Below, one piece after another: positions 52,471 to 64,000 of a stretch of 64,000 nt of DNA; positions within the stretch are counted from its first letter, which is position 1, and the number at the start of each line of letters is the position of its first letter. The notes under the pieces are model-generated. The model was not told the DNA's origin. It worked only from the letters and a program-made list of their open reading frames with translations, and ran no database searches. Position numbers and translations under genes: made by a program. Source of the DNA: Callorhinchus milii (lineage: Eukaryota); the NCBI RefSeq assembly GCF_018977255.1, contig NW_024704742.1:73906001-73970000 (forward strand), written 5' to 3'.

Positions 52471-53224
52471 GTAAGTATCCACTTTAATTAGATCAGAACT
52501 GTGTGTTAGTATCCACTAAATGCACTGAGAATTGCTGATAACTCATGGCAATTGAACTGAACCGTGCAGAGAAAAGGGAACCTGTTTTGATTTTTAGTTT
52601 GCTGATTGAACTGATCTCAATTAGTAATATCCTAGATGTCAAGATTGGTTTGGGTTTCCCCTCTTTTAATTTTAAGGGTAGCATATCAAATTCACAAGCT
52701 ACCATACTGTGTGTTCATGTGGCCCATGGAGGAGGTTTGTGTACATGTATAAATAATGCATGAGAACTGCAGTTCCCCATGGTGAGGTGCTAGGACTTGG
52801 ACATGTGTGGGCCTGAGAACTTTGCCCTGAATTGTTTTGTGCCCTTGATCTTGTGGGACGAACCTGTCTTCACTTGGTGCTTCACCAGAGTGACACAGCT
52901 GGAATCAGTAACTTGTCTGGGAGTTTTTAAATGTGCCTCCTACTAGCCAGTGTCACAAGCATGGTTGAGTATATTCTCACAATGTCACAAGCTCACAATG
53001 TCCTCTCTTAGCTTGTCTTGTTTAAATTTAGGAGCCTTGGCTATTTACTTTCTTGTGACTATTAAGCTGCTTCACTAATGGTGGTTTAGGTAGCACAAAT
53101 TACAGCTGGCATCAAGAGCAAGCAGTAAAGTCTTTGACAACAATTTATCAGTGTTAGCTTACTTTTGGGCTGATTTTGTTTGAAAAGTTGAATGAATTTT
53201 TCATTTCAATCTCTCATCCCACAG

Positions 53225-53378
53225 GTTCATGTTGGCTGCTACAGTTTTCTCACATCAGAATGTAACTTTGGAAGACTAAGGTCCATGATTCTTCCTTCAA
53301 ACTGTGTGCGTTTGTGTTCTCGCAATTTCAGCAAGTTCCATTGTTTTCGTATATCAGAGAGTCCTCAGATGGAACAAA
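53225..53378 (+). CDS. DGKQ: DGKQ exon (VHVGCYSFLTSECNFGRLRSMILPSNCVRLCSRNFSKFHCFRISESPQMEQ)
   Basis: DGK C1 extension motif ECxFGxLxxxILP; AG/GTAAG; phase 0-1. Confidence 0.93.
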
Positions 53379-54203
53379 GTAAGCAAGAGAAGTGGCTATA
53401 TTATTACATGCTGATATGTATCGAGCATGCCTGTCTATGAAAGCTGGCATGCTCATGTATATGAATACCTCCTACAACTGTTCTTCACTTGCCCCAACAC
53501 ATCCAATGCCCTCATTTATGCCCCTATCACTTCAAATTTGATTTGTCTAATGCTCTCCTTGATGGCCATCCGAGCTAAACTCTTCAGATTGTCCAGAATT
53601 CTACAGCTCTTACACACTAAGCTCTTACACACTATGCTCTTACACACTAAGCTCAATGGGCCCTTCACCCCCACCCTTGCTAAATTCAACTGGCTTCCTG
53701 TTTCCTAGCAGATTGACTTCAAAATCCTCGTCCTTATTTTCAAGTGGCTCCATGGCCTTGCGACACCTTACCCCAGCAAATACCTCCAGGCTCACTGTCC
53801 AACTAACTATCTCCACGTCACAAACTCAGGTCTGCTATCTACCCCCCACCCTTACTATCCTCCCCCATTAGCAACTGAACTTTCAGTGACAGTGCCCCAA
53901 TTTCTTAAATTCCCTCCCAAGATGTCTTCACTTCTCACCTGTCTTCTCTGTTTCAGTTTTCAGTTAACTCTCTTCTGCCTCACTCATTTCCCGCCTTTCT
54001 TGGGTCTCCACTCTATATCTGTAAAGCACGTCGAACTATTACCCTACATGTCTCTTTATCTCTCATTCTCCCAACTTAGGCTCCAGGAATAACTCAGAGC
54101 TTTGAATGAAGTGTTATGCCTGCTGGAGGGCTATACAAAGTGGTTCCCAGTGCCCCCTGGGCTGTGTTACCAACTGTAGTTGAATTTGATTTTTCTTCCA
54201 TAG

Positions 54204-54284
54204 ATGATGATGAAGACAATGATGTTGATAGTGGAAACAGTGGTTCATATAAAGACTCACAGTCTGCTTCTACACCTGATTCTG
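54204..54284 (+). CDS. DGKQ: DGKQ linker exon (NDDEDNDVDSGNSGSYKDSQSASTPDS)
   Basis: AG/GTGAG boundaries; phase 1-1 keeps the frame between neighbouring exons. Confidence 0.82.
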
Positions 54285-54374
54285 GTGAGCTACGTTACCT
54301 GTCACTGTTGCTCTGTTCAATTGCTTATCTTGATATGTATATCGATCCTTTGAAATAAGATTAATAAGACTAAC

Positions 54375-55280
54375 CATAAGAACATAAGAATTAGGAGCAG
54401 GAGTAGGCCATTCGGCCCCTCGAGCCTGCCCCGCCATTCAATCAGATCATGGCTGATCTATTCTAACTCCACCTACCCGCCTTATCCCCATATCCCTTAA
54501 TCCCTTTATCCACAAGAAATCTATCAATCTCAGTCTTGCATATGTTCAAGGACTGAGCATCTACAGCCTTTTGGGGTGGAGAATTCCATAAATTTCCTAC
54601 CCTCTGAGTGAAGAAGTTTTTCCTCAACTCAGTGCGAAAGGGCTTACCCTTAATTTTAAGACTGTGACCCCAGGTTATAGTTTCTCCAACCAGAGGAAAA
54701 AGTCTCCCACTATCTATTCTGTCGTGCCCCTTAATAATCTTTCTATAAGATCACCTCTTATTCTTCCATATTCTAGAGAATATAGGCCTAAATTGCTCAA
54801 CCTATCCTCATAACTCATCCCCCTCATCCCAGGTACCAACCTAGTGAATCTACGTTGTACCCCCTCCAAGGCGAGTACATCCTTTCTTAAATAAGGAGAC
54901 CAAAACTGCACACAATACTCTAGGTGCGGTCTCACCAGGGCCCTATACAGTTGCAGCAAGACTTCCCTACTCCTATATTCTAACTCTTTTGTAACAAATG
55001 CCAACATACCGTTAGTCTTCTTAATTGCTTGCTGCATCTGCAAACTAACTTTTTGTGACTGGTGTATAGGGACACCCAAGTCCCTCTGAACTGTAACACT
55101 ATCTAGTCTCTCCCCTTCTAAAAAATAATCTGCTCTACTGTTTTTGCCACCTAGGTAAATGACCTCACACTTCCCTACATTATACTTCATCTGCCACCTA
55201 TTTGCCCACTCACCTAGCCTATCTATATCTCGTTGCATTTTTTTAATGTCATCCTCGGTGTTTACTCTCCCTCCTAGTTT
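54375..55280 (-). mobile_element. CR1 LINE, 5'-truncated
   Basis: ORF 54714..55412 with [15 protein letters not shown]; (TTCTTATG)-type tail on the minus strand. Confidence 0.92.
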
Positions 55281-56782
55281 AGTGAAATAACTAGACAAGT
55301 TATTAGCAGGTTGGAATTTTTGGAAGGTCAGTTGGGTGTGTGACATGCGGAAACTCATCTCCATGTGTAAGAATATCCAAATCAGACTGGGACAACCATA
55401 TATGTATACCATCTAAACATGGAAATTTCCCATTTTTCTGGATTGGATTGTGCACTCTCTCCCTGGACGGGCACTCTCTCCTGTTAACCTAATTCCAAAG
55501 AGTAGGTTGGCAAAAGTGTGCATTGGAGTACTAATATAATTTAAGCAGCTAAATCCACAGAGGTTACCACTGACAGCACTGTCTGGCAAGCTTCCTTCTG
55601 CTTGTCCAGCTAGGTCCACCATATCTTTTAAGGCTTTCGCTTGGCAGGGCTAACAGATGCCAGCTCCTCGGAACAAGCCTTGCCAATAAGCCAGGCTGGC
55701 TGAACTGTCATCTGTGCTTTGGAATACTGCAAACCTGTCTAGCTCAGGAACTGGACTTCACTACATTACCTACCTCCACCTATTTTATATCAAATCCTAT
55801 TGAAACCCTCATTCATGCCTTTGTTACCTCCAGGCTAGATTTTTCTAACACGTTCGTTCCTCACTGATTCAAACTCCGTCACCCATATCCTCACAGGCAC
55901 CAAACTCTACAAACCCACCACCCAGTGCTTTACAGGCTTCCCTGGCGCCCTACCTCCCTGTAGATTGAGTTTAAAGGTCCTCCTTTAAGAAAGAAACCTC
56001 CTTCTGCAACCACTGCTCAATTAACTCAGGCCCGATGCCCCCTGCCCCTTTCTTATCTGTTTAATAAATTTAATAAATTTCACCTAAATAAGCTACCTCT
56101 TAGTCTGTCTATGGTCAACTCCTCTTCCCCCTTCTTCATTGCTTGACGTCCAACCCCATACAAAGTGCCCCGAGATGTTATCCTATGTGAAGGGTGATAT
56201 ATAGACAAAGGTTTTTGTTGAAGTGAATTGCCACAGAGGATTGAATTGATTTCAATATTCTGTTGCCAAGCATATCACCTCTGCCCGATTAATACACGCC
56301 TTTGATGATGTTACAATATCAAACCCCTCCAAACAATTTGTACCTCTATCTCACCAATTATATTCCTTATACCTTGGGCATTAATATACATTCACCTCAG
56401 TTTCAAAGATGCTGAAAGAAGTATCAGTAACAATTTATGCATTTGATATATCACCTATAACATCAAAATGCTTCACAAATTCCTCTGCTTGGTAGTTTGT
56501 AGAACAGTGTAACCAGGTTGCCCATAGAAAAGACCCATAAACAGCTCTGAACTGACTAATGGATTTTATTTGGAGAATGATGTTGGTTGGGATACTGAAA
56601 GAAACTCCGTTTTTTTAAGTAGGATCTACATTGTCCCGAGACCTCTTAGTGAGACATTGTGGGTAATTTGCCTGTTGTGTTTGTCACAGTGACTTCGCTT
56701 GACAATAATAATCTGGAAATGCTTTGAAATGTTTTGAAGTTTATTGTTCTGTTTTACTATTATAAGTGTTCACTCTTCTCAG

Positions 56783-56883
56783 GTAAGCAATCCTTGAAAC
56801 TTTTTGATGGGAATGACACCATCAAGCGGAACCTATTTCGTCTTATTACTGTACCTCGCATTTCAAAAATAGAAGAAGCAGTG
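56783..56883 (+). CDS. DGKQ: DGKQ exon (GKQSLKLFDGNDTIKRNLFRLITVPRISKIEEAV)
   Basis: AG/GTGAGT; phase 1-0; resembles DGK-theta GKQTLKIFDG segment. Confidence 0.9.
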
Positions 56884-56987
56884 GTGAGTTAATTTAGTCC
56901 TAAACCAGTAGAAACGTCTGCTACAATGTCTGATGCTAAAGAATAAAAACTGATTTAAATGTGATCACCTAAACCATTTAATCTGAC

Positions 56988-57077
56988 CTCTGTACCCTGT
57001 CTGGACTGACTTCTGTACCCTGTCTGGACTGACTTCTGCATCCTGTCTGCACTGCCAACACTGTACCCTGTCTGGAG
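56988..57077 (+). repeat. About 23-bp tandem repeat, 3-4 copies
   Basis: Unit ttctgtaccctgtctggactgac. Confidence 0.85.
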
Positions 57078-58346
57078 CATCTGGACAGTAATAAAAAGAT
57101 AGCCAATAGGAATTTATTAAGAGGAGATCCTTCCAAGTTAGTTTACTGGTTTTCTTTGATTGTGTGACAAAGGAGCTTGATATGGATAAGGCTGTGCATG
57201 TTGTATATCTGGATTTCAGTAAGGCCTTTGGTACAGTTTCTCTTGAAAGGCTGGTACTGAAAACAAAGAAAGTGGGAATCAGAGGAAGTATCTTACAATG
57301 GATACGTAATTGGCTGACTGATAGACCCAGAGGGTGGTGGTACAGGGAATGTCATCGGGCTGGGAGAATGATACCAGTGGAGTTCCACAGGGGACTGTGT
57401 TGGGATCTCTTTTATTTAACATCATCATAAATGATCTGAAGTCATGAGTCACAACCACAGTGGCTAAATTTGCAGATGACACAAAGCTAATGAAGGTTGT
57501 AGGTTGTAAAGATGAACAGGATAGATTACAGGAGAACTTGAACATTCTTGGGAATTGGGCAGATTGATGGCAGATAAAATGCAAAGTGCTTCAAATGGGG
57601 CCAAAAATTCCAGGAAGGAACTGTTATTTAAATGGAAAGAAAATAATCTGTATGGAAAATGAAAGGGACCAGGGGGTCCTGATTGATAATAAAATGAAGC
57701 TATAGCAACAGTGTTTGTTAAGCAACCTAGATGCTAGGTTGTATTAACAGGACAATATTGAGCTGAAATAGTGGAGTAATCTTGCCATTTTACAAATCAC
57801 TGGTGCGACCACACTTGGAATACTGTGTGCAGTTCTGGTCACTGCAACATGAAAAGGATATTGTAGCAATTGAGGGATACATAGGAGGGCAACAAATGAC
57901 TGAGGGGATGGAGGGACTGGACTAGATTAGATAAACCGGGCATGTTCACGCTGGAGAAGAGAAGATTGAGGGGAGATATGATTATAGCCTTTAAGATTCT
58001 GAAAGGAATAGATAACGTAGACCATGATAAACTCTTTTATCTTGTACTGAACAGTAGAACTAGAGGACATGGCCTGCAATTGAAATGGGGGTAAATTCAG
58101 AATTAATCTGCAGAAGCACTACTTCAATGAACGAGTAGTAAACGTATGGAACAGGCTCCCCAGGGAGACAGTGGAAACAGAAAGTGTTGTTTGTTTCGAG
58201 AACAAATTAGATAGATTTCCTTTAGAAAATCATATCTCAGGATAGAGTGTATAGTTTGGGGCACAACATGTCAAACGACTGCCAGGATGGTGGAAGGTGA
58301 ACTAGATGGACCTTGGTTTTCGTTTGCTTAGCAAATTCGTACGTTC
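57075..58346 (+). mobile_element. CR1 LINE, 5'-truncated, decayed
   Basis: [27 protein letters not shown] motifs; CR1-type 3' tail. Confidence 0.9.
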
Positions 58347-58765
58347 TAATGCCCATTTTGTCTGGGATGCAGTTGTAGTACTCGTGTCTCTGGGTAGGAA
58401 AGTTTTGAGTTCAAGCCACATGTCATGCCATCATGTAGAGAAAACAGATGAGTTTTAATTGTTGGTTCAGTGGTTTCTGATAGCTCACCAAGTTCATGTT
58501 GGGTGTGGTGGGGGAAGTTCATCTTGCTTATCTGTGCCATCGCCTGATGTCTTTTTTTTAAAATGTAAGCAATGTAGAATGAATTGATTAATTTCTTTAG
58601 AAAATATATTTGCACAAACAAATCTTTGATCTAATCTTTCATATGAAGAGGAAGGTATCAATATTAGCACCAAGGATGATGTGAGTAAATCGAAAGTGTT
58701 GTGGGTAGGTTACAAATTTGTGGGTGAATTTGACTCTAATCTCACTTTTGCTGTTCCTTTAATAG

Positions 58766-58989
58766 GATGCTGCTCTGCGAGCATACTATATTCCTGATGA
58801 TCCTCAGGATTATGAGCTCCAAACCTTCACCCAGGATGTTTCCTCTAGTGAGGATATTATCAACAGTAATGGAAATCCTGGAGAAACCAGGAACCATTTG
58901 GTGTTTCGTGACACCATACCTGAAGCTTGGGTACTACGAGCAAAACCAAAGGATTCTGAAATAGTAAAGATTTACCCTGGATGGCTAAA
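58766..58989 (+). CDS. DGKQ: DGKQ exon (DAALRAYYIPDDPQDYELQ...EAWVLRAKPKDSEIVKIYPGWL)
   Basis: AG/GTAAG; 224 nt open; KIYPGWLK motif of DGK-theta. Confidence 0.93.
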
Positions 58990-59194
58990 GTAAGTTGTTT
59001 CTTGCAGATAAATTGAATTACTAAATGGAAGAGGAAAATGTTTTGGAATGGCAAAAACCAGTTGATATCTGATTTAAATTTTTTTAAAAACATTTCCAAT
59101 TATTTTTCTAATTTTCTTTAGAAAAAGAAGTACAACAAGGAAATCCTGCTCCTTACTCTGTCCCAAACCCTTCTATTACCCTCTCCCTCATGTG

Positions 59195-59445
59195 AAGGAA
59201 ACGCAGCAGCTAATTGCACACAACAGTGTCCCACAAGCACTCGTGGATTGAGTAACCAATTTTTTTTTTGAAGAAATTGTTACCCCCAGAAAAGCGATCC
59301 ACCAATCAACTAATAACCGGGTTCCTACTTACTGCTAGATAAACAGAAGGTGTGGAGTAAGGAAACTTGCCCAACATTTCGTTCTGCTGGGAATCAAACC
59401 CAAGTCTCTTGAAATTGAACCCAGAGTGTTCTATCTACTGAGCTT
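59195..59445 (-). mobile_element. tRNA-derived SINE fragment
   Basis: Reverse homology to the SINE body. Confidence 0.75.
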
Positions 59446-59852
59446 TGTGGCATAAATCTATGCTAGTTTGTTATTTTGTACGATTATTTTGTTGACCAAC
59501 CAAAGAGGTTGGCCACCACTGACCTAGGCCAATTTTACCACCACACCAGCCTCAGTTGAAACTAGATTAGAACCAGCTAGTTTCTCGTCTACAGGTTGCC
59601 TCTCCAGTCATCTTAATTTTTGAGAATTGCTCGGGCTAGTGAATTTGGGTAGAAAAAAAACTATTGCCAGGCGAAACGTATTTGATTTGTGGAAGAATCA
59701 CATTGAATCAATTTCACCCCAATCCTGCTGGACACATCCACAAAACATTACCACACTTCCTGTGCTCATGATTATTATTATTGTCACATACCCCATTTCA
59801 TCCCAATGAAGTAAAACTATGTAATTACATGAATGCTGTGTTTTTGTTTCAG

Positions 59853-59943
59853 ACTTGGCGTGGCCTATATCTCAATGCCTATAAATAAAGAAACTATAGT
59901 TGAAGCAGTTATCAAGGAGGTTCTTTTCCAGCTAGGACGGCAG
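59853..59943 (+). CDS. DGKQ: DGKQ exon (KLGVAYISMPINKETIVEAVIKEVLFQLGRQ; RA domain)
   Basis: AG/GTCAGT; phase 2-0. Confidence 0.9.
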
Positions 59944-60940
59944 GTCAGTTCTGATTAGAAATATTGCTGTTTAATTTGTGTGAAATATTTAGCCAACGTG
60001 CAATATACAGGGTAAAGAATCTAAAAATGTTATAGCACAAAAACGGGTCCCTATGCTATTAACTTCAATCCCACTCGCCTGAAACCCAACATATTTCCTA
60101 CTATTAGCATCCAGACCATTATCTTAAAATTTAAGATAAATTCTTAAATTCAGTCATAATTTTGTAGCGGTTTTTCTACAGGTCCCTTTAAGAACAGTGT
60201 AAAACCAGCTATCATATTGAGATTGAGTTTAACTCTACACCATCTTAAATGTTTGGGACATTTGTTTTAAAGCTAAGGCTAGATGGAATTTCATGCCTCT
60301 GCTTGCTTGATCCCATTAACATTTCTCTTTTTAATCTATCCAATACACAGCTAATACAATTTACACCACCTTTAGACATGTTGATGCTATAACTGCTACA
60401 TCAAATGTATAAGCTATAATTTTGTTATTATGCAATTTCAATATTGGATCCCATAATTTTTTTAGGAGACTTAAATATTTAGCACGTCAAAAGCATTATG
60501 TTGAATGTTACACACTGCTGATGATAGGCTTTCTTATCTGTATTTAATTGGAGTGTGTTTATCTCATTGTGGTGAGCAAACCATACCTACTATCAAGTCT
60601 AACTTCAGTAAAAGGAGAATGCTGAGGTGCCTCGCTGTGTGGCAGTGATAGAATATATATCCTCGATTCACACAAATTAACATCAGTCTTGGATGTACAC
60701 TAGAGATGAGATGCCAGGGACAAAATGCCACAAGTAGGGAGTAGAAATTAGATGATCAGCCACCATTCTCTTACGCAATTCTGAACATGCAGCAGCAATG
60801 GAATGGAATTTTGGCACAGGTTTCCAGTCTACAACACTGATCGTGAAATACCAATTTGACGTCACTAATAATCACCAGTGTGATGTCCTACATTTATATC
60901 CTGATCATTAGAATGACCTTTCAATCAATTATTCTCACAG

Positions 60941-60995
60941 GACGAAAACCCCGATGATTTCCAATTGATAGAGATATTCATGGGTTGTAAAGAAG
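60941..60995 (+). CDS. DGKQ: DGKQ exon (DENPDDFQLIEIFMGCKE)
   Basis: AG/GTAAG; phase 0-1. Confidence 0.88.
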
Positions 60996-61899
60996 GTAAG
61001 AACTTTCTAGATTTTTAAACATTGAACAAAAACAAAAGTCTGCAACCCATATTTTTCCGACACTGAGTTGCACATATCCATTATGCCATATATGTTAGGC
61101 TTCACCAATCCCAGTTCCCTAGTCAACCTGTGGCCTGACTTTTGAACCCTTTTACAGTTTTCTCCCTCCCTATATATGCAATTTATTCCAGCCCTATTCT
61201 CTTGCCTGTGACCCTCCACTCTTCCACTCCACCATTGCTATGTGAGGATCTTGGTGGAACCAGGAGACAGTGGAGCCTGACCAGGATGGGGGTGATGAGC
61301 ATTTAGAGCCAAATGCAGAAGAGTCCTGGAGAGTTCTGAATAAACTGGAGCTTGAGGGGGTTGGTTTAGAGAGGCCTATGAGAACATAAGGGGACTGACC
61401 AGTTCGTAGATGTTAAGCAGACAAGAGTATCATTAATGATCCCCAGTGTTTGAGGAATCCGCTATGAACAATGATTAAATAAGCTTGGACTCTTCAGTTT
61501 CGAAAAAAAAATTTCAGAGGGGACTTTGTAGGTATACAAGATTTTAAATGGGATTCAGAAAGTAAATCTAGAAAAATGCTTTTGGATACACTGAGTCAAC
61601 AGAAAAGAAGATACAGATTTAAAGTTGCAAAAGGCAATTTCAGGACAGACACTAAAGTATTTATTTACCAAAGGGTAATTAACAACTGGAAAGGGTTGTT
61701 AAAGCTACGACACTGGAGCTCATTTAAAACAAACAATTTGATGCTATGATCGGAAGGCGGTGGGTATTCTGGAAAGATTAAATAAAATGGACTGAAGGAC
61801 CTTCTTCATCTGAACCTGTCTTGTGATCTTGTAAAGTGAGTTTTAAGAAGTCAAGTCTAGAGATGACAAAAGTTATGAATGAAAGTTTTGGCTATATTG

Positions 61900-62710
61900 A
61901 GGGTAAGGTAGGAACTGAGTGGACAATATTCTGTATGTGGACAAAATGCAGTGTTGGTCAAGAACCAAATAGAGTTTGAGATGGAACAAACAACAGATGG
62001 AGGCTTGAGCCAAGTAAAACAGGATGGCTTTGATTTTACATCCAGTTGAATGAAGTTAAGGCTCATCCACGATTTAGTTTGTGAAAGTCGGTCAAAAACA
62101 ACAACAAAATTACATGTGTAACCATCTGAGGTCCTGGAGTTGGGTAAATTTAGGTGTCGTCGGCATACATGTGGAACTTAACCTCATGCTTTTTGATGGT
62201 GCTAACAACAGCAAAATTACATTTGTATAGCACCTTTCACGTCGGGAGGACGTCTCAAAGCGCTTAATAAAGGGAAGCATGTAGATAACAAAAAGGAGAA
62301 GGTCTTCTGGTGTTCTTCTGGTGTAAAGTGTGGGAGTGAAGAGAGAAGACATTTGAAGAGACCTTGGCCTTAAAAAGGGTTGGTCTAGAAGTGTGAGCAG
62401 GAAGGAAAGACTGTGAAGAAGGAATGATGAATGGTGTTAAAGCGACAAACTAGCTCAAGCAAGAACAGGAAATCTTGGTTCCTGACTGAAAGAAAATCAA
62501 TGATAATTTTGACTGGGCTTTCTCAGTGCTGTGGGCAGGAAGCATTCCAGACCAGAGTCTTGAACAGGAAATGGTGGAATTGGTGGGAGATAACTGGGAG
62601 GTGATGACAGGTTCCAGTAGTTTGGAGAAGGCAGGTTGGAGATGTAATTAAAGTTAGGATTGAAAGGGTCAAGGTGTTTTTTTTCAGGAGGGGCTGAACT
62701 TTAGCCAATT
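61900..62710 (-). mobile_element. Old L2 RT fragment interrupted by short L2/SINE tails
   Basis: FHMYADDT..Y readable on the minus strand near 62145-62180. Confidence 0.6.
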
Positions 62711-62959
62711 TTTATCTTGTAGATGTTAATTAACGTTTTATGTATTTCCACCGTTTCTGCTTCTATGGTTTAAACAAAGGTGTAACAGATGCTCAATAGC
62801 TTCAGATTTATTTCATGTGTTAAAAAACCTGTAAAATCGATGGATGTAAAATAAAAGTAACTTTCCATCTCTGAATGTATCTTTTCAAAAAAATACAGAT
62901 GTTGTGGTGCTCTTATTTAGTGAAAGGGATTTAACTAACCTTTCTGTGTGTCTTTATAG

Positions 62960-63021
62960 TCCAGCGAGTGGCACTCTATCATCAGGAACTGTTTCTTTGT
63001 AGACTTCAACATATTAGAAAG
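62960..63021 (+). CDS. DGKQ: DGKQ exon (VQRVALYHQELFLCRLQHIRK); gene continues past the window end
   Basis: AG/GTGAG; phase 1-0; resembles the end of the DGK-theta RA region. Confidence 0.88.
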
Positions 63022-64000
63022 GTGAGAAATTAAACAAGCTTATTTTTTGTGAAAGTTGTATATCTTAATTAACTTAATTTGTATCAACATGGAATCAGCT
63101 GATGAGCTGCATTTTAGTGATTAGTATGAATGTTAGTCAAAGGAACAATCTCATTTATGCCATTCTCAGACATGTAGACGTCACAGGTGAAAGCTTAAGG
63201 GAAGTGAACAATCACAGGTAAATCTTCCAAAGAGCTAAAGCTTCATTAAATGTCTTAATTGAAGGTAAACTCAGTGATGCTCTCCTATATGATCAGTTTT
63301 AGTACTGACCAGTGAAGTTCTACAGATAACTGTCCCATTGCCCCACATGTGGATCATATTGAATTCTGTAGAGCAGTCACCTCTGTCTATATATATTCTT
63401 CAGTCTTTTTGTTAATCAAATATTCATCCAAATCTATATTTAATTCCTTTTAATTGGTGGGAACAGTGCAGTTAATGTACACATTTTAAGATATCATCAT
63501 ACACATACATATTTTGTGAGCTGTCATTATTAAGTTTACGTGGTTCTTACAAGGGTGTATTGAATACACTGGAACTGTACCTTAGTTTTGTTGCATGTTG
63601 GAAACATCTATTCTAAGTCGCACTCTTTAATAGAGACACGGATTCATGTCTAGAACTTCATGGCATAAAGCTCTTGCTTTGTGATTTCAATGAGAGAAAC
63701 TCATCAAAGGCAAAATATTAAGAATCAATGTTGGGCTAATAGACATGTTTTTGCCCACAAAATCCACAGTCACTTCACTTTAAGATATGTTTTGAGATAT
63801 GCTCTTGACATGAAAGGTGTCATATCAAATACAAATATGATTATATTGATAGTGACAGAAACCAAAACACATTATGTGCGTGCTAGGCTTGTGTTCAAAA
63901 GTGGATTTCAATGAACAATTGCATCCCCTCCCCAAGGTCCTGGATGCGTTATATAAAATCAATAGTCCCCCCCATCTACAGCATATTTTCCCCAAACAAC

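Noticed and set aside
54714..55412. 232-aa ORF as a host gene
   Set aside because: CR1 ORF2 C-terminus fused by chance to flanking repeat sequence.
63095..63140. CTGATGA as an intronic hammerhead ribozyme
   Set aside because: No stem II closing onto a GAAA at suitable spacing.

Overview
Repeat-rich vertebrate genomic DNA. The repeat content (Deu-domain and tRNA-Ala SINEs, L2 and CR1 LINEs) suggests a cartilaginous fish; this is inferred, not proven. Two protein-coding genes can be reconstructed with consistent GT-AG boundaries and reading phase. (1) A complete 4-exon PARM1 on the minus strand (40322->19153, 477 aa): signal peptide, mucin exon expanded by a 126-bp higher-order repeat rich in N-glycosylation sequons, TM helix, and a YGRL/NPLY tail. 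(2) Eleven consecutive internal exons of DGKQ (diacylglycerol kinase theta; C1 domains to RA region) on the plus strand (44119->63021). I could not find the first DGKQ exon in the window, so PARM1 may be nested antisense in DGKQ intron 1. Most other listed ORFs are transposon debris or shadows of repeats. Notable non-genic signals: two non-autonomous Helitron-like elements (one inserted precisely at A|T in a host repeat), a 208-bp perfectly identical tract shared by two decayed inverted CR1 copies 28 kb apart, a shared 3' extension on two SINE copies, and an unclassified four-copy repeat family. No prokaryotic-type system, CRISPR array or true tRNA/rRNA gene was seen. Repeat boundaries are approximate; exon boundaries were read base by base.
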